From a virus (lineage: Duplodnaviria > Caudoviricetes), in the IMG/VR virus record IMGVR_UViG_3300048578_000448, positions 1-45,571 of that record: a DNA stretch of 45,571 nt. One strand, 5' to 3'. The position numbers were made by a program, and so were the translations under genes. Below the pieces are notes generated by a model. The model did no database searches. It had not been told where the DNA came from and worked only from the letters and a program-made list of their open reading frames with translations. Positions 26,298 to 35,037 of the stretch are shown in pieces (within the stretch, counting starts at the first letter, position 1; each line of letters begins with the position of its first letter).

Positions 26298-26836
26298 TTT
26301 GCGACACCCAGGATCTCGGCGCGGATCTTCGCGACCGTGTCTGACGAGATGCCGGCGGCCTTCATCGACGTCTCCGCAACCTTGCTGGCTTTCTCAGCGA
26401 TCTCGCGGCGGATCTTGATCTCCATGTCCGCCAACGACTTCGAACTGCTGGTCAGCGACTGCAGCGCGCGCGAGAGCAGTAGCGCCTCCTTGGCGTCAAT
26501 CTTGACGTCCTCGCCGTCCTCGCTTTCCGACACCAGCTTGAAGAAGAGCCCATGAAGGAGTTCGACGTTAAGCCGCGCGACCTCTGTCTGACTGGCGCTG
26601 TCGATCCGGGCGCCAACGGCCTGTGCGATCGCCCTGGTCTTCCCCATCTGGTCAAGGATCGCATCGACCTTCTTCTGCAGATGCTCTCCGAGCCCCGTCC
26701 GCGAGATATCAATATCCGGCTTCAGCTCCCGAAGCTTGGCGAAGATTTCGTCGAGTGTATGGCCTTCCTGGCGTAGTTGGCCGATCAGTGATTTCAGCTC
26801 AGCTGGCAGCCGATCGACTTTAGTGACCCGGGCCAT
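26294..26836 (-). CDS. Terminase small subunit (Mu gp27/DUF3486-like)
   Basis: KVDRLP.ELK, ISRTGLG, C-terminal G.S.DT..KIRAEILG; upstream of TerL. Confidence 0.82.
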   Translation of the reverse strand: MARVTKVDRLPAELKSLIGQLRQEGHTLDEIFAKLRELKPDIDISRTGLGEHLQKKVDAILDQMGKTRAIAQAVGARIDSASQTEVARLNVELLHGLFFKLVSESEDGEDVKIDAKEALLLSRALQSLTSSSKSLADMEIKIRREIAEKASKVAETSMKAAGISSDTVAKIRAEILGVAK

Positions 26837-26839
26837 GCC

Positions 26840-27139
26840 TCAAAGCTCCGGCTGTTCCAGGCCCGGGACCGATGCGCCCCTGCCAGCCGCAGCATCTCGC
26901 CCTCGCTGTGTGATCGTCGCCACCAGGACGGTCTCTTCGATGATCTCTGTCGTCACCAGCTTGCGCTCTTCCAGCCAGGTCATGTCTTCGACCACTTCGG
27001 CGCGCGAGGTGTTCCTGAAACCGAGGCGATGGATCCCGATGTGAAGGATGCTTTCATTGCATCCATCTTGGCCCTTGATGAGGCGCAGCATGGCCAAGCG
27101 GCGGCTCGCCAACACATCATCACGATAAGTCCGGGTCAT
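26840..27139 (-). CDS. Mu gp26-like winged-helix protein
   Basis: RRLAMLRL...WLEERKLV...ATITQRGRD.A.G...VPG. Confidence 0.78.
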   Translation of the reverse strand: MTRTYRDDVLASRRLAMLRLIKGQDGCNESILHIGIHRLGFRNTSRAEVVEDMTWLEERKLVTTEIIEETVLVATITQRGRDAAAGRGASVPGLEQPEL

Positions 27140-27531
27140 TACTTTCCCTCGCTCTTTTTCAGGAGATAGGTCTCGATACGATTGACCGATCTGTCGATGG
27201 TCGTGACGGCTTGACGCATGCCTTCGATCTCGGCGCGTTGCGTGTTCTGGCCACCGAGCACCTCCGTCAGCTTGATACTGACGGCGTGGAAGTCCTCAAC
27301 CGACGGAAGGGTCTGCAGGCGCTCCGTTAGTTTGATCTGCTCTTCCTTAAGCTTGGTGATGTCGTCCCGGCTCTCCTTTTCGACCCCATCGAGATCTCGA
27401 CGCAGCTGCTCAACGACAGCCTTGTCGGCAAACGAGCCGCTAGCGCGTTTCATGGCAAGGGCCCAAAGAGCGAATCCGATCAGCACGAGGATCGGCCACC
27501 ACCGCGCGATGGCATCTAACACGTCGACCAC
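27139..27531 (-). CDS. Mu gp25-like (DUF2730) membrane-anchored coiled-coil protein
   Basis: GTG start overlapping the upstream TAG; N-terminal TM then coiled coil with LP motif; ends IETYLL. Confidence 0.7.
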   Translation of the reverse strand: MVDVLDAIARWWPILVLIGFALWALAMKRASGSFADKAVVEQLRRDLDGVEKESRDDITKLKEEQIKLTERLQTLPSVEDFHAVSIKLTEVLGGQNTQRAEIEGMRQAVTTIDRSVNRIETYLLKKSEGK

Positions 27532-27734
27532 TATTCTCTCTCCTCTTGGCACTCGACACAAAAACAGGCGCTCGGAACAGCGATCCGTCGCGCCTCCGGG
27601 ATCTCACAGCCGCAGTCGCAGCAATGTGTCGTCCCCTTCATTCTCGCCTCCGCTGCAAGTCGGCTATGCTCGCGGCGGAGATCGTTTTCCAGGGTCGCCT
27701 CCACGGCGGCCTGGACCTTGTCCAGTTCATCCAC
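27531..27734 (-). CDS. TraR/DksA C4-type zinc finger protein
   Basis: CCDCGCEIPEARRIAVPSACFCVECQE. Confidence 0.88.
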   Translation of the reverse strand: MDELDKVQAAVEATLENDLRREHSRLAAEARMKGTTHCCDCGCEIPEARRIAVPSACFCVECQEERE

Positions 27735-27966
27735 CAGGTTGCGTCTCCGCCGCCAGGCGCTTCCGTGCCTGCTCGATCAGCAGCAGGATGCCGTTCTCGC
27801 CGGCATCGCGCTTGACGACGCAGACCTTGCACAGATCGAGATCCGCGCATTCCCAATGATGGTCCGCGAGCAATTCTCGCGCTTTGGCCTCGGTGATGGC
27901 CGGCACGCGAAGATACCGGCCGCAGACGTCGCATTTGCAGTCGAAGCCGTTTGCACGAATGGTCAC
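27727..27966 (-). CDS. Hypothetical zinc-binding protein
   Basis: CDVC...DLCKVC; tightly packed in the operon. Confidence 0.6.
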   Translation of the reverse strand: MTIRANGFDCKCDVCGRYLRVPAITEAKARELLADHHWECADLDLCKVCVVKRDAGENGILLLIEQARKRLAAETQPGG

Positions 27967-27969
27967 CGT

Positions 27970-28404
27970 CTACCTCACATTGTTGAAGAAGAGGTGGTGG
28001 CCGATCTTCGCCGCAGGCTTCAACCCTCGCGAGAAGGCGGGCCGCACCGACGTCGTGTGATAATGGGTGCTGCCCTTCGTCGGATCGGGCACGCGGTCGC
28101 CGAAGACATCGTCCACGACAGCCAGGCATTCCCTGAAGGACCGATCGGCGATCGTGACGGCCCGCACTTTCCCGGCATTGGCGTCGCCATCGTTCCAGCA
28201 GGAGAACTGGCCGGCCTTGATGCAAACGCCCGTGATGCCCTCGCCCCACCAATCGGGCTTCCCGTCCCTGCCGAGATCCGCCTCGGCGCGATTGCGAATC
28301 ACCCAGGCGACTGCAATGCGTCCCTCGCGGCTCTCACCACGAGCTTCGCCATAGATCGTGCGAGCGGCGATCTCCTTGTCGGCCGATGTGACGGGGATCT
28401 TCAT
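27970..28404 (-). CDS. Cell-wall hydrolase (SleB/Hydrolase_2), probable endolysin
   Basis: ARTIYGEARGE, VIRNR, QFSCWN, DPTKGSTHYH, IGHHLFF. Confidence 0.92.
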   Translation of the reverse strand: MKIPVTSADKEIAARTIYGEARGESREGRIAVAWVIRNRAEADLGRDGKPDWWGEGITGVCIKAGQFSCWNDGDANAGKVRAVTIADRSFRECLAVVDDVFGDRVPDPTKGSTHYHTTSVRPAFSRGLKPAAKIGHHLFFNNVR

Positions 28405-28871
28405 GCCGACACCTTCACCAGGTTGTTGTCGGGGCGGAACACCGCAGGGTCGTAGTGGCGCTTGCCGAAGGTGCGGACAGCAAGGAACACCTCCGCGCAG
28501 TCGCCGATCGACGTCTTGCCAGCGGCCATCAGGGCGGCCAGCATCTGGTCCGCGACAAGGCGGCCATCCTTGCCAGCATACTGGTCGAAGCAGCGGGTGT
28601 AATAGGCGTAGTCGTGAGCAACGGACGCCTCGAACAGCGCACCCCAGAACGGAACGAAGCTATGAAGCTCGGGCGGCACCGAAGGAGCTGCGAGAAATCC
28701 GGGTGGCACGGTCAGGCTCCAACGGGCGCCTTTCCAGTTGAATGTGACGCGATAGGGCTCCATGACGATCGCTTCGACCCGCGCCCCATCCCGCTTCACC
28801 GCCTCGACAGCGCGCTTGATGTAGAGGTCGGTCTCAAAACGGGCCGCAGTGACGTCGTTCTTGAACATCAC
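28401..28871 (-). CDS. DUF1353-like protein
   Basis: VPPGF...SVP...ASVAHDY.Y...AD......AVR.FG. Confidence 0.75.
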   Translation of the reverse strand: MMFKNDVTAARFETDLYIKRAVEAVKRDGARVEAIVMEPYRVTFNWKGARWSLTVPPGFLAAPSVPPELHSFVPFWGALFEASVAHDYAYYTRCFDQYAGKDGRLVADQMLAALMAAGKTSIGDCAEVFLAVRTFGKRHYDPAVFRPDNNLVKVSA

Positions 28872-29575
28872 TGCGCCCCTAGAGAGATTTCACCTGGCAG
28901 TGCGATCGGCGGGTCAGGCGACATGCCAATGAGGGCGGCAACGCGGTCCTTATTGCCGTTGATTCGTTTGCGGCAGGCCAGCATCGACTGGGTGGCATCG
29001 GCGCGGCCGGCATTGAGCTGGACAATCCTATCGCGAATGTCCTCAATGCCGGCCGCAAGCAACGTACCCTGGCCGGCAGCGATCGCCGCGCGGTCGAGCA
29101 CCCCCAGAATGTTGACGCCGCCAGCGAAGTTGGAAAGCAGCTTCGGGATCCGTGCCTTGGCGGCATCCACCATGATGGAAGTCATCTGCAGCGTGATGTG
29201 GGCGATCTCGGTGTTCATCCACATCTCGTCGGCCGCGACGAACCGATTGACCGCGCCGTCGAGTGCCAGGATCTGTCCGAGGCCGGCTGTCGCCTCCTGA
29301 GGCTCCATGGTCATGCGATAGGCGACAAGCTCACTGGCGACGGCGGCAATCATGCACATGCGGACAGATCTGTTGTCCTGCCCCTGCACCTCGCCCAACA
29401 GCCGATCGGCCATCTTCTTGGCCAGGCCGCCATCATCGTCGGCAGCTGCCTCGACGTCGCGGGCGATGCTTGCCTGCGTCGTACAGCCGGTGAGCGACCA
29501 GATGACGAGTGCAGCCATCAGGAACACGGTGAAGGGCGTGAATGCACGCCCGAGGAACGACCAAAGCCGCTGCAT
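28868..29575 (-). CDS. Putative lipoprotein
   Basis: Hydrophobic signal ending in lipobox LTGC. Confidence 0.7.
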   Translation of the reverse strand: MQRLWSFLGRAFTPFTVFLMAALVIWSLTGCTTQASIARDVEAAADDDGGLAKKMADRLLGEVQGQDNRSVRMCMIAAVASELVAYRMTMEPQEATAGLGQILALDGAVNRFVAADEMWMNTEIAHITLQMTSIMVDAAKARIPKLLSNFAGGVNILGVLDRAAIAAGQGTLLAAGIEDIRDRIVQLNAGRADATQSMLACRKRINGNKDRVAALIGMSPDPPIALPGEISLGAQ

Positions 29576-29578
29576 CGG

Positions 29579-29890
29579 TTAAGCCTCCATGTTTTTCGAG
29601 AAGCGTTTCCAGGCCCAGGCGATGCCGCCAACGGCCAGCATGGCGACGCCGGTCCAGCCGGCGCTGATGACGCCCTCGGCCGCGTCCCGGACCTTTTCCG
29701 GCAGCGTGTCGAGATCGGCCGCGTACATCGTGAGGGTGGTCAGTTTGGGTGCGAGCGCCAGATAGGTGCTGCCGCCCGCCAGCAAGGTGCTTTGCGTCGC
29801 ACCCGACAGGCTGCCCAAGATGTTGGGCGTGAAGGACTGCAGCACGGCAGGGGCAAACTGGCCTTCATCGGCCGGTGAAGCGGTGTTCAT
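29579..29890 (-). CDS. Small membrane protein, holin candidate
   Basis: First gene of the late lysis operon; C-terminal TM followed by basic residues; AGGAG SD. Confidence 0.5.
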   Translation of the reverse strand: MNTASPADEGQFAPAVLQSFTPNILGSLSGATQSTLLAGGSTYLALAPKLTTLTMYAADLDTLPEKVRDAAEGVISAGWTGVAMLAVGGIAWAWKRFSKNMEA

Positions 29891-29974
29891 GACACACTCC
29901 TGATGCTCAAGCCGAGCGGCGCGCCGGCAGCGATGTCAGGAGGTCAGATTAGAGAGGCGGGTGTTTTCCCGGAC

Positions 29975-29990
29975 CCTGAAGGGTTTCAGG
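29975..29990 (-). promoter_or_regulatory. Late-promoter activator box (Plys equivalent)
   Basis: CCTGAAGGGTTTCAGG dyad overlapping the activator stop codon; TAATCT -10-like hexamer ~23 nt downstream on the minus strand. Confidence 0.65.
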
Positions 29991-30441
29991 CGGCGGGGAA
30001 GAGATCGAGCTGGTTGCTGGCGATGAGGTTGGTTTCGCCAAGCTCGCGCGACCGCTTCTGCATCAGGTACACCGTGCGCTCGGTGACACCAAAGCGCCGC
30101 GCCGCTTCCCGCACCTTAACGTCGGTTCGCAGCAAGGCCAACAATTTCAATCGGCGCGCCTTCTGCTGGGCAGCCGACATGCGCGGCACATCGACCTCGA
30201 TCTCGCCGGCAGCACCCTTGCCGCGCCAGATCCGCCAAACCTGCGCGGCATCGTCCTGCCCCAGATGAATGACCAGCAAAGACTTGGCCGTCAGCCGCAG
30301 CGGAATCCGCACGGTGGTGCCGCCCAGGCGCGCGATAACCCGGTGCATCAGCTCCTCGCCATCCGGGCCGCTCTCCAGCAGCAACACGCATGGTGCCGGC
30401 AGGTAGCCGTAGATCTCGCGATATGACGGCCGGTCGCTCAC
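29986..30441 (-). CDS. Mor/C-family late transcription activator
   Basis: LGGTTVRIP dimerisation-type motif plus C-terminal HTH (VREAARRFGVTERTVY); lies after gemA. Confidence 0.78.
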   Translation of the reverse strand: MSDRPSYREIYGYLPAPCVLLLESGPDGEELMHRVIARLGGTTVRIPLRLTAKSLLVIHLGQDDAAQVWRIWRGKGAAGEIEVDVPRMSAAQQKARRLKLLALLRTDVKVREAARRFGVTERTVYLMQKRSRELGETNLIASNQLDLFPAA

Positions 30442-31139
30442 TGCCCGCCCTTCGATTGGCGGACCATGGCGCCAAGATTGTCAATGAGCCGGTCGAGTTC
30501 CTCGTCGGTATAGAGCGACAAGATCGGCTGATAGCCGAAGTGCGATAGGAAGTGGGAAAGGCTGCCTCTCGTTCCCTTCCAGCGAGCCGCCGTCAGGATC
30601 TGGAACTGTGCTTTCACGACGTCAATGCGAGGAAACGCACCCCGGCTGTCGTCATGCCATTTTACCGACCAGTCGACGCCGGTCTCCCGCGTGAGCCATG
30701 CCTTCATCACCTCAACGGCAGTGCGCGCATCCTTCTCCGTCAACCACTGCAGGGCGTCGACGCCCTTGCCCTTGCCGCCCGTGGCGCGCTTGATCATGGC
30801 GGCCAGGGCGGCCTCACTCGGATCCCTGACGACACCGAGGTGATAACCGGAGATCCACAACGCCCGGAGCTTGGCGGCAATCTCTCCATCGGCCAGCGGC
30901 CGTTTGCCAGCGCGCGGGTGCGCCTTCTTCGACGGCTTCCAGCCGAGATTGATCATTTCGGCCTTCACGTTCTCTAGCTCGGTGATCGAGCAGGCCGATG
31001 ACGAGTCCTTGCCAGTCACGCGCCGCAGCACGCTGCGATAGGTGTCGTCATCGAGGCCGAGCTGCGTCTTCGCGACGTGAATCTTGCCGATGAGCCCGGC
31101 GCGGAACGGGTTCGACTTCTTGGCTGCCACTGTCATCAC
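30438..31139 (-). CDS. gemA: GemA/gp16 family regulator (DUF1018)
   Basis: KIHVAKTQLGLDDDTYR..L...TGK.S, KLRALW, E.AL.A..KR. Confidence 0.88.
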   Translation of the reverse strand: MMTVAAKKSNPFRAGLIGKIHVAKTQLGLDDDTYRSVLRRVTGKDSSSACSITELENVKAEMINLGWKPSKKAHPRAGKRPLADGEIAAKLRALWISGYHLGVVRDPSEAALAAMIKRATGGKGKGVDALQWLTEKDARTAVEVMKAWLTRETGVDWSVKWHDDSRGAFPRIDVVKAQFQILTAARWKGTRGSLSHFLSHFGYQPILSLYTDEELDRLIDNLGAMVRQSKGGQ

Positions 31140-31360
31140 ATGCCCTCACGGAAGGTGAATTCCCAATACTTGCACCCTTGGGTCGCGGCCTTGATCGGTG
31201 CGCCGCTGCCAGAATAGCGCGCCAGCTCGACGGCCTTGGTGCAGGTCAAGATGTAGGCGCGGGGACCGTTGTAGGTTTTCCTATTGCAGGCGGCGTGCTT
31301 GCACTGTCCGCAGGTGCCACCTGCGTTCGGATCCGGCACATGAGCATAAGACGGCTTCAT
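31136..31360 (-). CDS. Hypothetical Cys-rich protein
   Basis: TCGQC...CTK...GCKYW; ATGA-type overlaps on both sides. Confidence 0.6.
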   Translation of the reverse strand: MKPSYAHVPDPNAGGTCGQCKHAACNRKTYNGPRAYILTCTKAVELARYSGSGAPIKAATQGCKYWEFTFREGM

Positions 31361-31629
31361 GCGCGCCCCACCGGGCGGCCGACGCCGTCATTGGTTGCCT
31401 GATAGCGGCGCGAACTCTCGACAAGGCCCGGGAGGTCGTTCAATACCTTTTTCAGTATCTCGTCGCCCTGGACCTCATTGGGGCAGCTGGCGATGTAATC
31501 AGCCAGCAGCCAAGTCACCGCCTCACCCATGCAAAGCGTGCAATGCGCGCGATCGTTGATTGTCGTCCGCAGCACCTCGTAGAGACCGGGCGATTCAAGA
31601 TCCTGCTTCTGACCGGTTGCGGCAGCCAT
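31357..31629 (-). CDS. Hypothetical protein
   Basis: 90 aa, GGAGG SD, operonic packing. Confidence 0.6.
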   Translation of the reverse strand: MAAATGQKQDLESPGLYEVLRTTINDRAHCTLCMGEAVTWLLADYIASCPNEVQGDEILKKVLNDLPGLVESSRRYQATNDGVGRPVGRA

Positions 31630-31630
31630 G

Positions 31631-32269
31631 TCACTCCTCCACCTGGTTGCCCCAGAACACCCATCCCTCGGGTGCCTTGCCGCGAGCGAACAATTCGATC
31701 TTCGGCAGGCCTGGGAAATACTGGTCGATGATTTCGCGGAAGGCGGCGGGTTTCACCGAATGGCCGTTCGTATCCGCCTTGATGACGCTGTCGACGGCCT
31801 CGCCGAGCGGCGGTGGCGGCACATTCCCCTTAACGCCGATGAGCAGCAGCTCATGCCGATCGCGGCCCCAGCGGCCGAGGCCCATCGTGTTCTTCACCCA
31901 AACGAGGTTTGATCGATAGGTGAAGCCCCAATGTGCCATCAGTTTCAGGGCGTCGAAGAGATGCTGGCGCGACGTCCACATGAACATGACGGCGTCGTCA
32001 TTGGCGATCCGGGGGATGTCGAGGGCCATGAGTTCTTCGATCGACATGACCGGGTAATGCCATTCCGCTGACTTCTGCTTGCCAGCATCACCCCAGATCC
32101 CGTGATCCCACGGCGGATCAAGATAGAAGACGGCGAAGCGGCCATTGGGCCAGTCGAAGCCCATCTGCCGGCAGTTCGCGGCGATCGCTGCCATGCGGAG
32201 GCCGTAGCTCTCCCTGGCACGGGCGCTGCGGATGGCCTTGGCGCGGCGCAGGGCCTCCCGTTCGCTCAT
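31631..32269 (-). CDS. MT-A70 family adenine methyltransferase
   Basis: YLDPPW, HYPVM, WGFTY, W.K..MGLG.W.R..HE.LL, HSVKP, IELFAR..EGW..WGNQ. Confidence 0.92.
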   Translation of the reverse strand: MSEREALRRAKAIRSARARESYGLRMAAIAANCRQMGFDWPNGRFAVFYLDPPWDHGIWGDAGKQKSAEWHYPVMSIEELMALDIPRIANDDAVMFMWTSRQHLFDALKLMAHWGFTYRSNLVWVKNTMGLGRWGRDRHELLLIGVKGNVPPPPLGEAVDSVIKADTNGHSVKPAAFREIIDQYFPGLPKIELFARGKAPEGWVFWGNQVEE

Positions 32270-32487
32270 AGCTGGACCGCATACGCCATCAGGTCGAGGA
32301 TCAGGAACGTCTTGCCCGGATGCTTCTTTGACAGCGCGTCCGCTTCACGTTCGGCGGCGGCGCCGTTGAAGATGATCTGATAGTCGCCGGCCTCGATGTG
32401 ACCACGGCCGACGTCGAGCAACCCCTTGGCGCTCCGCCCAAGCTGCCCTTCCATGATGATGAAATTGCCCCGCTCCGGCAGCTTCAT
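32266..32487 (-). CDS. Hypothetical protein
   Basis: Start MKLPER with ATGA overlap; AAAEREADALSKKHPGKTF.I motif. Confidence 0.6.
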   Translation of the reverse strand: MKLPERGNFIIMEGQLGRSAKGLLDVGRGHIEAGDYQIIFNGAAAEREADALSKKHPGKTFLILDLMAYAVQL

Positions 32488-32777
32488 GCCGATCTCCTCT
32501 GGCTGATGCGCGACCAGGTCGCGGGTGGCAGGAAGGTGACGATGGCCCACAGCTCGATGCTGAAGAGCGGAAAGGTCACGACGCCGTCGATCGGCACCTC
32601 ATAGACGATCGCCTGTCGGCCGCGAACGGTGAGCCACCGGAAGGCGCCGGCCGTGATGCGCCGCTCCAGGTCGAGGAGTTGCGGCACCGTCATGTCGACC
32701 TTGAAACGCTGTCGCAGCCGGCGCACCGCATGTCGGCGGGCACAGGTGGCGTGATCCAGCTTCGGGCGCCGTGGCAT
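32484..32777 (-). CDS. Hypothetical protein
   Basis: 97 aa; HAVRRLRQR...IVTFLP; operonic. Confidence 0.6.
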   Translation of the reverse strand: MPRRPKLDHATCARRHAVRRLRQRFKVDMTVPQLLDLERRITAGAFRWLTVRGRQAIVYEVPIDGVVTFPLFSIELWAIVTFLPPATWSRISQRRSA

Positions 32778-32780
32778 GGC

Positions 32781-33083
32781 TCACCGCGTCTCCGTCGCCT
32801 GGCGCAATGATGCGCTGTCATTGAACCAGGTGACGATCTCGGCATTAGTGACCCCGTTGAGCGTGAGCGCCTTGCACAGAGCTTCGAAGGCCGCCCGTGC
32901 CGTCTCCTGGTCGATCGCTTCGCCAGCAGGCAGTTCATGGTCATTGAGGGCCGCCAGCGCCCGAATGTGATAGATACGGATTTCCTTCCGCTCCTCGGCC
33001 GCACAGCGCGACGGCTTCGCGAGCAGCTTCTGCATCAGGCAAGCGAAATCCAAGGCAGCGATAAGGCGTGAGCCGCTAGCCAT
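32781..33083 (-). CDS. Hypothetical protein
   Basis: Start MASGSR with GGAGG SD. Confidence 0.55.
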   Translation of the reverse strand: MASGSRLIAALDFACLMQKLLAKPSRCAAEERKEIRIYHIRALAALNDHELPAGEAIDQETARAAFEALCKALTLNGVTNAEIVTWFNDSASLRQATETR

Positions 33084-33312
33084 TCCGCACCTCCATGAAG
33101 ACGCCTTCCGCCTGGTCGAGCGCCCGGAAGGTGATACCGAATTCCTCGCCGATACTGATGACCTGCTTGTGTGCATCGGCTTCGACCGCATCAGCGACAT
33201 CGGCGTCAGTGACATGGTCCGGCACGCAAAGGTCCATCTCGATCGCGACGTCGGATATCGCGGCCTGCGGATCCTCGGCAATGAAGCGGCAGATGACCTT
33301 GACCTGGCGCAT
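33076..33312 (-). CDS. Hypothetical acidic protein
   Basis: Start MRQVKV with GAGG SD. Confidence 0.55.
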   Translation of the reverse strand: MRQVKVICRFIAEDPQAAISDVAIEMDLCVPDHVTDADVADAVEADAHKQVISIGEEFGITFRALDQAEGVFMEVRNG

Positions 33313-33319
33313 GGCGGCC

Positions 33320-33553
33320 TCAGTTCGGCTTGCGCGGATGGAATGGATAGAAGCACTCCATCGCGGCCTCGCTGGGAGTGATGACTTCCTGCAGATCCGC
33401 TTCGAACTCCGCCGCGTCACCATCCTTGTGGTGGGCGATGAGAGCGACGATCGCGAAGCACTCGACCCCTTTCTCTGTCTTGCCCTGCCAAATACGGCAG
33501 GGTTGACCCTGATAGGAGACGATCGCTGAGGTACTTTCGAGGGTGACTTTCAT
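33320..33553 (-). CDS. Hypothetical protein
   Basis: Start MKVTLEST; CRIWQG.TEKGVEC. Confidence 0.6.
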   Translation of the reverse strand: MKVTLESTSAIVSYQGQPCRIWQGKTEKGVECFAIVALIAHHKDGDAAEFEADLQEVITPSEAAMECFYPFHPRKPN

Positions 33554-33563
33554 GCTGCCCCCG

Positions 33564-34217
33564 CTATGCCGCTGCCAGATCGATCGGCACGGCGCACCAG
33601 GCCGCATCCGCCGCCTCGCGCAGATAGAACCGGCAGTAGGACTTTGACCCGACGATACGGATGCTGTCCTTGATGGCTCGTTGCCCGTCCTGCCACCGCT
33701 TGTCGTCGAAATCCAGGCGCAGCAGCCGGAACACCGCGTCGCGGCTTACCTTGCCCTCCTTGTCCGCCTCGAAGGCGTCATCGACGATCGAGCGAAGGTT
33801 GGCGTGGGCACCTTCCACCCATTCCGCAATACAGGCGCGGAAGCATTCGCGGGCCGCCTGCAGCTCGGGGCCAAAGTCGATATGATCGGCGATCTGGACC
33901 TGGAACTTCAGCAGCCCATCAAGTGTGCGATAGGTCACGTTGCCCTTGCCGCGCCGGCCACGCTTCTGCTCGCCATACTCGTCGAGCAGCAATTGATCGA
34001 ACGTGGCCGCGTCGGCAAAGACGTGACTGCGGAATCGCCGGATTTGGTTCGCCAGATCGCAGGCGAACTCCAGTACCTTGAACACCATCTGATGTTCCAG
34101 CAGATGCTGCGGCTTGATGGCGCTGACAGGTACGAGGTGGCCTTTTGCGTCGGCGTAGTATCCCTCCGGTGCGGGGGGCACCAACGGAATCCGATAGATG
34201 TTGAGTTGATCGGTCAT
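33564..34217 (-). CDS. DUF3164 family Mu-like early protein
   Basis: DAKGHLVP...IKP, KGNVTY...DG, FGPELQAA, W......I.DSIR..GSKSY.RFY. Confidence 0.88.
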   Translation of the reverse strand: MTDQLNIYRIPLVPPAPEGYYADAKGHLVPVSAIKPQHLLEHQMVFKVLEFACDLANQIRRFRSHVFADAATFDQLLLDEYGEQKRGRRGKGNVTYRTLDGLLKFQVQIADHIDFGPELQAARECFRACIAEWVEGAHANLRSIVDDAFEADKEGKVSRDAVFRLLRLDFDDKRWQDGQRAIKDSIRIVGSKSYCRFYLREAADAAWCAVPIDLAAA

Positions 34218-34226
34218 TGAAACCTC

Positions 34227-34343
34227 CTAGAAGAGCGTGCGCAGCAGGCGAGCGATGAACGCCCACAGGCCGCGCCGGCGACGTCGGCGGGCTGTGATGG
34301 CGCCGCTGATGAAGACGGGATTGATGAGGCTGGGTCGGGTCAT
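34227..34343 (-). CDS. Very small Arg-rich hypothetical protein
   Basis: 38 aa, ATGA overlap, fills an operon gap. Confidence 0.4.
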   Translation of the reverse strand: MTRPSLINPVFISGAITARRRRRRGLWAFIARLLRTLF

Positions 34344-34768
34344 GGCGTTGCACCGTCTGGGGCCGAGGCCAGGCCGGCATCGTTGGCTGGCCTCCCCATG
34401 GGCACATCCCATTGAATGAACCGAGGCTCGACCGGCAGCAGTCCTTCGGCCTCTTTGGCTAGGTGATAGAGGGCGATGGCGGAGCTGCGAAGCTGGTGCC
34501 GCGCCTCCAGGTTCAGCATCACCCACCCGGCACGCTCTGCAGCTCGGAAGAAATCGATCAGGCCTTGCACGCAGAAGCAGATGGGTCTGGCGTTGTCGCC
34601 AACCCCCTTCTCGATCTCGGCCGCCCATACCAGCAGGTGCTCGAAATAGGCGGCCGTGGCCCCGGCCTGCTCGCCGGTAAGTTCGAAGTCCTCGCTGACC
34701 TCGATCGTGCCGGCAAAGAAGTGCAGCTCCGCCGAGAGCGTGGTGCCATCCAATGAGACCCGCGTCAT
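34340..34768 (-). CDS. Hypothetical protein
   Basis: Start MTRVSLDG with GGAGG SD and ATGA overlap. Confidence 0.6.
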   Translation of the reverse strand: MTRVSLDGTTLSAELHFFAGTIEVSEDFELTGEQAGATAAYFEHLLVWAAEIEKGVGDNARPICFCVQGLIDFFRAAERAGWVMLNLEARHQLRSSAIALYHLAKEAEGLLPVEPRFIQWDVPMGRPANDAGLASAPDGATP

Positions 34769-35034
34769 GACTGCACCTCCTCGGCAAGGTGCGCCGTCTG
34801 TGCCAACAACACGGCAGCCTCGGCGACCGGGCGCGGTCGCATCGCATGCTCTCGGGCGCCGGCTGGTATGACACGCGACGTGTCCGTCATGGTCACCGCC
34901 TCCAGGGCGCTGACACCCATGGCAAGAATGCGCAGCTTCTTGGCGACCGCGACCGGGTCGATTGTTGGTGTCGATCGGACCCGCGCAGCACCTTCGAGTT
35001 GGGCAGCCAGGGCGTTCAATTCGTTTGAAAGCAT
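34765..35034 (-). CDS. Hypothetical protein
   Basis: 89 aa with AGGAGG SD. Confidence 0.6.
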   Translation of the reverse strand: MLSNELNALAAQLEGAARVRSTPTIDPVAVAKKLRILAMGVSALEAVTMTDTSRVIPAGAREHAMRPRPVAEAAVLLAQTAHLAEEVQS

Positions 35035-35037
35035 GGC

